NCBI RefSeq assembly: GCF_006345805.1
Contig: NC_043026.1
Span: forward strand, 6,138,001-6,202,000
Source of the DNA: Octopus sinensis
Lineage: Eukaryota
Direction of reading: 5' to 3'
DNA length: 64,000 nt
The notes beneath the pieces are model-generated. The model was not told the origin of the DNA, ran no database searches, and was given only the letters and a program-made list of their open reading frames with translations. Shown here piece by piece: positions 50,902-61,528 of this stretch (positions within the stretch are counted from its first letter, which is position 1; each line of letters starts with the position of its first letter). Position numbers and translations under genes: made by a program.

Positions 50902-51136
50902 TCTTTCTTTACTACCCATAAGGGGCTAAACACAGAGGGGACAAACAAGGACAGACAAAGGGATTAAGTCGATTACATCGACCTCAGTGCATAACTGGTA
51001 CTTATTTAATCAACCCTGAAAGGATGAAAAGTAAAGTAGACCTCGGCGGAATTCGAACTCAGAACGTAGCAGCAGACGAAATACCGCTCAGCATTTTGCC
51101 CGGTGTGCTAACGTTTCTGCCAGCTTGCCGCCTTTC
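50902..51136 (-). mobile_element. Third SINE family, flanked by TCTTCTAATCT direct repeats
   Basis: Reverse strand GGCGGCAAGCTGGCAGAAACGTTAGC...GAGTTCGAATTCC tRNA-like head. Confidence 0.75.
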
Positions 51137-52595
51137 TCTTCTAATCTTTAGTCTTCTAATCTTTAGTCTTCTAATCTTTAGTCTTCTAATCTTTAGTCTT
51201 CTAATCTTTAGTCTTCTAATCTTGGTCTTCTAATCTTTAGTCTTCTAATCTTTAGTCTTCTAATCTTTAGTCTTCTAATCTTGGTCTTCTAATCTTTAGT
51301 CTTCTAATCTTTAGTCTTCTAATCTTTAGTCTTCTAATCTTGGTCTTCTAATCTTTAGTCTTCTAATCTTTAGTCTTCTAATCTTGGTCTTCTAATCTTT
51401 AGTCTTCTAATCTTTAGTCTTCTAATCTTGGTCTTCTAATCTTGGTCTTCTAATCTTTAGTCTTCTAATCTTTAGTCTTCTAATCTTTAGTCTTCTAATC
51501 TTTAGTCTTCTAATCTTGGTCTTCTAATCTTGGTCTTCTAATCTTTAGTCTTCTAATCTTTAGTCTTCTAATCTTGGTCTTCTAATCTTTAGTCTTCTAA
51601 TCTTTAGTCTTCTAATCTTTAGTCTTCTAATCTTTAGTCTTCTAATCTTTAGTCTTCTAATCTTTAGTCTTCTAATCTTGGTCTTCTAATCTTTAGTCTT
51701 CTAATCTTTAGTCTTCTAATCTTTAGTCTTCTAATCTTTAGTCTTCTAATCTTTAGTCTTCTAATCTTGGTCTTTTAATCTTTAGTCTTCTAATCTTTAG
51801 TCTTCTAATCTTAGTCTTCTAATCTTTAGTCTTCTAATCTTGGTCTTCTAATCTTTAGTCTTCTAATCTTTAGTCTTCTAATCTTTAGTCTTCTAATCTT
51901 TAGTCTTCTAATCTTGGTCTTCTAATCTTTAGTCTTCTAATCTTTAGTCTTCTAATCTTTAGTCTTCTAATCTTGGTCTTCTAATCTTTAGTCTTCTAAT
52001 CTTTAGTCTTCTAATCTTGGTCTTCTAATCTTTAGTCTTCTAATCTTTAGTCTTCTAATCTTGGTCTTCTAATCTTGGTCTTCTAATCTTTAGTCTTCTA
52101 ATCTTTAGTCTTCTAATCTTTAGTCTTCTAATCTTTAGTCTTCTAATCTTGGTCTTCTAATCTTGGTCTTCTAATCTTTAGTCTTCTAATCTTTAGTCTT
52201 CTAATCTGGTCTTCTAATCTTTAGTCTTCTAATCTTTAGTCTTCTAATCTTTAGTCTTCTAATCTTTAGTCTTCTAATCTTTAGTCTTCTAATCTTTAGT
52301 CTTCTAATCTTGGTCTTCTAATCTTTAGTCTTCTAATCTTTAGTCTCCTAATCTTTAGTCTTCTAATCTTTAGTCTTCTAATCTTTAGTCTTCTAATCTT
52401 GGTCTTTTAATCTTTAGTCTTCTAATCTTTAGTCTTCTAATCTTTAGTCTTCTAATCTTTAGTCTTCTAATCTTTAGTCTTCTAATCTTGGTCTTTTAAT
52501 CTTTAGTCTTCTAATCTTTAGTCTTCTAATCTTTAGTCTTCTAATCTTGGTCTTTTAATCTTTAGTCTTCTAATCTTTAGTCTTCTAAACTTGGT
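51137..52595. repeat. Minisatellite of about 100 units: TCTTCTAATCTTTAG (15 nt) interspersed with TCTTCTAATCTTGG (14 nt)
   Basis: Direct inspection. Confidence 0.97.
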
Positions 52596-52959
52596 CACTT
52601 CTAAACTCTTCAGAAACCAGAAGAAGCTCAGGCCTCCTGGGCCTGGAGGCTTCGGACAGACTTTAACTGAAAATTTATGATGCATCCACCTGGAAAGATG
52701 AGAGAAAATATTTCTTTTCGTTTAGCCCTAGGCTGGTTGTGATTGAGCAGATCTATAATCGAAGCCGTTCCGGCCGTAACCATCTCATCGTTTTATTCAG
52801 AAATATGGTTGCTATGACAACATCCTCATGTTGTTACTGTTGTTGTTGTTGTTGCTGTCATCATCCGCGGCATCTTCTTGTTTTGCATCAGATCAGGCCT
52901 TTGCTCCAAGACGTTCCAGCTGTGACCACCCCGTGGCTGTGTGCTTAGTAAGTCTCAAT

Positions 52960-53119
52960 TCCAATGTTTGTGATGCATATGCTTGGTGTACCCATATCAG
53001 ACGGGTAGCCACGATGGATATAAAGGGCTTCGTATATTTGTACCCGAGTGTCACTTTGATGGCATCCGCTGCTCAATAATAATAATAATAATAATAACAA
53101 TAATAATAATAATAATATA

Positions 53120-53154
<35 letters not shown>

Positions 53155-53710
53155 CCTGATGCAGTACCAGGCAGTGGCTCTCATGGCTTCTGATCTTAAC
53201 TGATTGGAAGTGTTATCATGTACATTGTTTTGTCTTGGTATAAAAGATGGGCTACAGCAAATATTTGCTCAATACCACAGATTTGCTTGTCAGTTGTTTG
53301 ACCTTAACCAGTTGAGCATGTCCCTTAGTGGCTGACGATATGTGCATCTCTGATCACGAGCAGAAGTAGTGGGGGAGCATCATAGCCATGTGTTGAGAAG
53401 GATTCTTTGGGGTTTGAATAATTCACCTCTGGAAACATGGGTGTTTCGTTCAACGTCCTTAACACACCCTATTCAGGGACCTTTTGAGCGGGATGGGTTA
53501 CTCGATCTGAAGAAAATTCTAACTGGGCTCCACCTGCAAGGTCATTTGCTGCTTATCTTGATATGAGATCACCATGTCGCGCACATATGGTTGTGATGCA
53601 TGTGCCTGGTGTACCCTTATCAGACGGGTAGTCATGATGGGTATACTGGGCTTCGTATATTTTACCCCAGTGTCACTTTGATGGCATGCTCTGCTCGCTC
53701 ACTCAATAAT
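52960..53710 (+). mobile_element. Non-coding retroposons with (TAA)n tails (short copy 52960-53074, longer copy 53152-53705)
   Basis: Two related 3' ends ...GTGTCACTTTGATGGCAT...CTCAATAATAAT. Confidence 0.55.
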
Positions 53711-54035
53711 AATAATAATAATAATAGAACTAATCACATCAACTTACAAAGGGGTCAGAGTAGTGATTCGTCCCTTTGAAGGATGTGGGACAGCAGAAAC
53801 GCTACAATTTCACACAAAGTGAGTTTAGCAAACTGACCCAAAACTTGTAATTTATTCTTCTTGTTTTTCTTTTCATATACATTTCATACACTTCTCCCTC
53901 TCTCTTTCTTTCTCTCTCTCTCTCTCTGCCTCTCTCTCTCTCTCTCTGCCTCTCTCTTTCTCTTTCTCTCTCTCTCTGATGATCCTAAAACGAAAGTGTT
54001 CCAATTTACTTCTCCCATTCCAGTCAAAACCAAAA

Positions 54036-54348
54036 ATGCTGTTGCTTCTAATCCTTGCAACGATTCTGACCGTTTCCTCGAATCAGGAATTCGATGAAGC
54101 CTTCTACAAATTTTTGGGTCCTGGTTATTCCTATACTTATCTCCAGACTCCTCCAACAGAGAAATTCTACCCAAGCCGAAGTCTTCTGGAATGTTCTCTC
54201 ATCGCTCTAAACAGTCAATCGGAATTCTTTACTTACAACAAAGTCAACCGTACTTGTAAAAATTACTCACCCAAAAATATTATGACAGTCAGCAGTGGAC
54301 AGGACAAGAATGAGATGTCCTACTATAGAAGTAAGTGAAGCATTATTA

Positions 54349-54386
<38 letters not shown>

Positions 54387-54395
54387 ATTATTATA

Positions 54396-54437
<42 letters not shown>

Positions 54438-54451
54438 TTATTAATATTTTT

Positions 54452-54515
<64 letters not shown>

Positions 54516-54591
54516 ATATTATTATATTTTTATTATTAATATTATTATTATTATTATTAATATTATTATATTTTTATTATTATTATCATTA

Positions 54592-54630
<39 letters not shown>

Positions 54631-55646
54631 TTTTATTATTATTATTATTGTTTTTTTTTCCTTCTTTCAAATTTGCTTCCATTTCTTGCCGAGTGTCTTC
54701 CCGACTCCTAGGGCAAAGAAACTCATAGTATACATTGGTAGGCCATTAAACCAAACTCAATGTTCGTTTTTTTTTTTTTTTCTAAGTTAAATTAAAATAC
54801 ATGAGCAGCAACAGTTCTCACATCGACACATGCTCTTCTCAATACGTGTGATGTACCAGTTAAGACAATCTTTTGCACTTCTTGCAGGGATGGTAAGCCA
54901 GGGATCATTCTCATATAATTTTCGGTTCCCTTCTTGATCATTCCTAGTGCTCCTACAATCACTGGTATTGTAACCGCCTTGAGATGCCACATTTTCTCAA
55001 TTTCAATGAGTAGGTCTTTATATTTTCTGAGCTTGTCAAGCTCTTTCGCTGAGATATTATGATCACAGGGGATGCTCATGTCGATCAATAAGCAAACTTT
55101 ATTGTTTTGGTCTTTCACAACAATATCTGGTTTATTGGCCTTGATGGTTCGGTCTGTATGTACTGGAAAGTCCCACAGAATGGTTACATTTTCTCCTTCA
55201 GTTACAGCCTCAGGGTGGTGATTATACCACTTGTCGGCAGTTTTGATATTGTAATGCCGACTTATTATTATTATTATAATATTATTATTATTATTATTAT
55301 CATATATTTTTATTGTTATTATTATTATTATTATTATTATATATTTTTATTATTATTGTATTTTTATTATTATTATTATTATTATATTTTTATTATCTTA
55401 CAGGACACAGATAGTGTGTCTATAGCCAGCGGGAGGAGGTGTCTTCCTGGGGCTACAAACTACAGTAGCATCCACCCTTTTGGTTTAGCCATATTCAAAT
55501 GGCATATATGCATCACATTATTATTATTATTATTATTATTATATTTTTATTATTATTATTATTATTGTATTTTTATTATTATTATTATTATTATATTTTT
55601 ATTATTATTATTATTATTATTGTATTTTTTTATTATTATTATTATA

Positions 55647-55694
<48 letters not shown>

Positions 55695-55803
55695 TTTTAT
55701 TATTATTATTATTATTATTATTGTATTTTTATTATTATATTTATTATTATTATTATTATTGTATTTTTATTATTTTTATTTTTATTATTATTATTATTAT
55801 ATA

Positions 55804-55835
<32 letters not shown>

Positions 55836-58800
55836 TTAATTTTTACTATTATTTTTATTATTATTATTATTATTATTTCTATTTTCTATCAGTGGGATCA
55901 TTTACATTCATTAGTCTACAAGTATTTTCTTCTTTTTCTGTAATGATTATGTCTTTAATCTCTTTAATGATTATGTCTTTAATCTCTTTAATGATTATGT
56001 CTTTAATCTCTTTAATGATTATGTTAATTAGCCTGGATCGTTCTGTCATTTTTATCTTAAATGTCTGCTTCAGGACATTGTTATTATTGTTATTGTTGTT
56101 GTCGTTATTTCAGGTAGTGAATGGATTAAAACCTATGCCGTATCAATGGGAGCAAACTCGTTAATCTATGATTCCATATTAAAAAAAGGCCATCCTTCAT
56201 CATGGAATGTGGACAAATGCGTTGGTAGCTATTGTCCGAATTTTTTCCGACACCCTCTGCTTGATATCTGGAACGAACTTCAAATTGATGAGGTATGTAT
56301 ACACCTATTCTGATGCTGTATATACTCTTGAAGAATGCCACAGTTAAATTTGCCTGTTTTTGTATTTGTTTTCAATATGATGCATAAATAGCTCTTTTAA
56401 TCCATTACTGTTTGTGATGTGTATAAGGGATTTCTATTCAGTCGGGCGGTTATTCGCAACACCAGTCATTTTTATATCCATTGCTTTCATATATATATAT
56501 ATACATATATTGGATTGTCTGGAAAGTTCATGCCAATTCTTAGTCGTTCATGTTCCAACACGTTACAACACATCAAATTTATTGACATATATAATATGCT
56601 AACATTTCCAGTTAGCCCATACTTCACACTGTTTCTTGAGAAAGAAAGCTTAAAATGACTTAAATCGTATCAATTTTGCATCCTTATGAAAATGGAAGAT
56701 TCTTAGGTGCATTTTAGACAGTTGATGCTTTTTTTTCTTATTTCCGTAAAGGCAAAAAATGCTTTGCCAGTAACAAAGAAGATATGTGTTGTGTACGGCG
56801 AAGGTACTTTAGCTGAAAGAACTGTACGGAAGTGGTTTGCTAAGTTTAGACTTGGTGACTGTAGTCTTATTGATGAAGAATGCTCTTGCAGACCCCCTCA
56901 CCCACTTCAAAGACGACCAAATTAAGACATTGATTGAGAATAACCCGTATTGCACAACTTGGGAATTGGCAGAACCACTAAGTTTATCAAAAACCACCAT
57001 CCATGAGCACTTAGTGAAGCTTGGGGTACTCAAATCGCTACGTCTTGGTACCATATGATCTGAGGGAAAAGGATCTTTTGGATTGCATTTCCACCTTTGA
57101 TTTGCTGCATAAACGCAATGAAAATGCACCTTTTTTAAAGCAAATTGTGATTGGTGATGACAAATGGATTGTTTACAACAATGTTCAGCCGGAAAAAGAT
57201 CCTGGGGTAATATGTGTAATAATGCCCTTTATATAATATATTATATATATATATATATATATATAGTGAATTGAAGAAATGGAGTTGAACGAAGATTGAA
57301 CAGAAATCGTTTTATTGCATTCTAACGTGTTTCGAAAGTCACAATTTACCAAATTCCGATTGAATTTGGTAAATTGTGGCTTTCGAAACACGTGTAGAAT
57401 GCAATAAAACGATTTCTGTTCAATCTTCGTTCAACTCCATTTCTTCAATTCACTAATAATATTAAAATTCAATTATCCGCACCAACGCATGGTTGCAACA
57501 CCATATGGTTGTACCTCCAACCGTGCTGTCTTCTGCTGTGATTTTTGCTACCAAGGTATCGGTTAAACTTTTGATTAATCTGCAACAAGATTATTCATCT
57601 TTCTATTTCACAAAATATATATATATATCATCATCATCATCATCATCGTTTAGCGTCCGTTTTCCATGCTAGCATGGGTTGGACGGTTCTACTGGGGTCT
57701 GTGAAGCCAGAAGGCTTCATCAGGCCCAGTCAAATCTGGCAGTGTTTCTACAGCTGGATGCCTTTCCTAACGCCATATATATATATATATATATGTATGT
57801 ATAAAGTTAATCCAAACAAGAAAACACAAAAAAACACAACAACGCAAGGACGTGGAACAAATATAGTATTATTGGATGCTCAGGAAAGAAGGAAAGAAGG
57901 AGGGTTTAACGTTTCTAGAGGAGCTCTTCGTCGGAAACATAGGAGAAGGAAAGATCCAGAGAAGGGAAGACAGAGGAAAAAAAATCGCCAACGGTACACA
58001 TTAAATTCAACACGCATTGAAAGTCGACAAAGTTTTTTTTAGAAGTGTTTAGAATCAGAAATAGGAAATGGTTCAATTATACACAAACCCGTTATATAAA
58101 CTAGCTATATTATTAATATATATGTAGTATCTATAGATTTGATATTTCACACAATAATAAAGTGGAACAAAATATTAATTAATATAAAAACTAATTTACT
58201 TAAATGTAATACTACTTGATAAAAATACCACCTAATTATTAAATGATGTATAGTCTAACGAAAGTAATTCCCAAATTAAATTATATGTAAAATGTTAAAT
58301 CCCTTTATAAAAATAAATCGATATCATAATTAATAACGAGCGTAACTAATAAATATCAAGAAACTATAAATAATAATAATAATAATAATAATGATATCAG
58401 ACCCAAAACAATTCAAATTCCAAATATTACAGATAATTAATAAATCGTTACTTAGCTCATCGAAGGAAAAAATGTAATTAATTGTTTTTTTTTTTAGAAG
58501 CATTGAAACATACAGATAAGGAAATAATTTCATTCTCAAATGCAGGATAGGTGGCCACCCAACAGATTCTTCTGCAAAATATGGATAGTCTATCCTATTT
58601 GAGCTATATTATTAGCATTATCCTGCGTTTGAGAATAAAATTATTTCCATTTATATAGATGTATATGTGGAGGTGCAATGGCCCAGTGGTTAGGGCAGCG
58701 GACTCGCGGTCATAGGATCGCGGTTTTGATTCCCAGACCGGGCGTTGTGAGTGTTTATTGAGCAAAAACACCTAAAAGCTCCACGAGGCTCCGGCAGGGG

Positions 58801-58982
58801 CTGGTGATCCCTGCAGTACTCTTTCACCACTCTTTCTCCCACTCTTTCTTCTGTTGGCCTGCTCGCTTAGCCAGCGGGGTGACACCAGTCAAAGGCTAAA
58901 ACAATGCGAACGCATTGTGACCAGCGATGTGTAACTACATCTGATGGACTGGTCGGTCACGTGATCACGTGATATAGATGTA

Positions 58983-59027
<45 letters not shown>

Positions 59028-59750
59028 CTCGTCATTTCTTCAGGTGAAGCTTGTGTTGTACAAAAACCAAAGTGCTGTGGTAACGATGGTGTTTGATGGG
59101 CGAAATACAAGCCTTGAAAGCTGGTTCACTCAGGAAAAGCTGAAAAGTTCCCCATGGAGCGATCTAGCATCAGATGCGACAAATTGTTTCTCAATCGTTG
59201 GAATTGAGTAAGTTCTTACCATTTTACATTATGTAATTATCTATCCATCCATCCATCTAGCTAGCTAGCTAGGTAACTATCTATCCATCTGTCTGGTTAT
59301 CTATCTATCTATCTATCTATATATCTATCTATCTATCTATCTGTCTGGCTATCTATCTATCTATCTATCTATATATCTATCTATCTATCTATCCATCTGT
59401 CTGGATATCTATCTATCTATCCATCTGTCTATCTATCTATCTATCTATCTATCCATCTGTCTATCTATCTATCTATCTATCCATCTGTCTATCTATCTAT
59501 CTATCTATCCATCTGTCTATCTATCTATCTATCTATCCATCTGGCTATCTATCTATCTATCTATCCATCTGTCTTTTTTTTTTGTTTCTTTTGTTTTTTG
59601 TTTTTTTCATCCCCCAAAAGAAAAGCTCTACCTTGTAACTTGTCCCATCTGTGTGCAGCCCTGTGTGGCCAATAAAGAAACTTATCTATCTATCTATCCA
59701 TCTGTCTGGTTATCTAACTATCTATCCATTTGTCTGTCTATCTATCTATC

Positions 59751-59781
<31 letters not shown>

Positions 59782-61528
59782 TTGTGTGTGTGTGTGTTTG
59801 TTTGTGAGTTTGCATGCACACATGTGTAAAACTTTCAAGAGTTGTTTGTTTCCAGTTACAAGACATAAAGGATTTCGTTTTGGGATTTGGTTTGCAAGAT
59901 TCTTTATGTGAGTTCGTGTGTTGAAGCATATTCTGTTGTGTCTGGGGAGAGTCATTTTCTTTTTTTGAAAGTCAAGACTATTGAAAAGGTTGCAAGACGC
60001 AACGAAAATTTTAGGAAAATAAAAATAAGAAATAAGTGGAAATTTTACCGGTGAGTGTGTTACATTATAAGGCACAAAAAGAAAATGACTCTCCCCTAGA
60101 CAAAAGAGACAAATTTTCTCAGTAACGAGGGGCGAGTTTATTTACCTTTGCTATTTTATCTCGACTGCTTTGTAACTTCAGCAATATCAAATAATAAGAG
60201 CGACAACACCTGAAAGTGGACCCTTTTTTCTTTTACAGTAACAAACGCCGTTTTTATGTTTCACACTTGCATGAAGGTTGTCCAAAAGATCTTGGTTGGT
60301 TGACTATCAATGAAGCTTTCCTTACTTGTGATTGGGAGAACTCAAACTATTTTCCTAAAATCCTTTACTCTGACACAACTTCAAAAATCAAATGGGAAGA
60401 TGGTAAGTATCACCTCATTGTTTGGGGTCTTTATAATTCTCTCTTTCCTTCTTAGAGAAACGTTACCAAAAACATATTTAACCACAGAACACTTTTTATT
60501 ATTTCCAAGAATCACGGAAACCATACCAAAATATTTTAGGTGCAGGAGTGACTGTGTGGTAAGAAGCTTGCTTCTCGACCGCATGGTTCTGGGTTCAGTT
60601 CCACTTTGAGGCACCTTGGGCAAGTGTCTTCTACTATAGCCTTGGGCCAACCACAGCCTTGTGAGTGGATTTTGTGGATGGAAACTGAAAGAAGCCCATC
60701 ATATATATATATATATATGTATGTATAGGGTTAGTTGAGTTGGAGGTTAAAATAACCATCTGAGGGATAGGTGTAGCCATTACACTACCAGTATATCAGC
60801 TATGTTTAACCCTGGGCACACACATGCAAGCATATTATGTTCATAAATTACAGGTAAAGAGAAGGATCAACAGGAGTTTCTTAAGAATCAGAATTTAAAG
60901 GAAACAGAAAATGGAGAAATATTGATGGACAACAATTGACTTGGATCAATTATCATTTATTAATTCAATGCAATCTTTTACCTTTTGTCTTTCATTTGAT
61001 TCAGATCATTGAACTGTGGCCAAGCTGGAGTACCACCTGGAAGAGTTTAGCTGATCATAACGATCTCAGCTCTTATTGTTCTATTAACCCTGGTAGATGT
61101 AGAAGTAGTAGTAGTAGCATTAGTAGTAGTAGTTGTAGTAGTAGTAGTATTAGCAACAGCAGTAGTAGTAGTAGTAGTAGTAGTATTAGCAACAGCAGTA
61201 GTAGTAGTAGTTGTAGTAGTAGTAGCAGTGGTAGTAGTAGTTGTTGTAGTAGTAGTTGTAGTAGTAGTTGTTGTAGTAGTAGTAGTAGTTGTTGTTGTAG
61301 TAGTAGTGGTAGTAGTAGTTGTAGTAGTAGTAGTATTAGTTGTAGTAGTAGTAGTAGTAGTAGTTGTTGTAGTAGTAGTTGTAGTAGTAGTAGTAGTGGT
61401 AGTAGTAGTAGTGGTAGTAGTGGTTGTTATTGATGTTGTTGTTGTTATTTTCAGGATACGGAGTCGCCGATTCCATGGCCATCTTCATCCGTCTGAGACA
61501 AAACTTACCAATCCCAGTTTCTGTCTAA
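54036..61528 (+). CDS. Paralogue D: same secreted family, 291 aa, 3' type T1
   Basis: Coding exons 54036-54330, 56114-56292, 59044-59207, 60239-60402, 61455-61528. GT-AG, phases 1,0,2,1, open frame ending [16 protein letters not shown] at 61607-61612. Confidence 0.88.
54652..55258 (-). mobile_element. Second, divergent R4/Dong-like LINE fragment in (TAA)n
   Basis: [38 protein letters not shown]...KLRKYKDL...IPVIVGALG. Confidence 0.8.
56508..57215 (+). mobile_element. Degenerate mariner transposon, 3'-truncated; shorter mirror copy at 8850-9240(-)
   Basis: [27 protein letters not shown] (WVPHEL-like) and [17 protein letters not shown] motifs; terminus TATTGGATTGTCTGGAAAGTTC. Confidence 0.85.
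57264..57455. repeat. Near-perfect fold-back element (arms about 93 bp, 5-nt loop)
   Basis: TAGTGAATTGAAG...CAAATTC-CGATT-GAATTTG...CTTCAATTCACTA. Confidence 0.9.
58666..58968 (+). mobile_element. Second tRNA-derived SINE family with target-site duplication; related copy at about 6010-6330(-)
   Basis: Head GGTGCAATGGCCCAGTGGTTAGGGCAGCGGACTC...GATTCCC. ATATAGATGTATAT is present on both sides; the element is absent from the mirrored position in gene A. Confidence 0.8.

Noticed and set aside
51137-52595. Possible interstitial telomeric array
   Set aside because: The unit is not TTAGGG or TTAGG on either strand.
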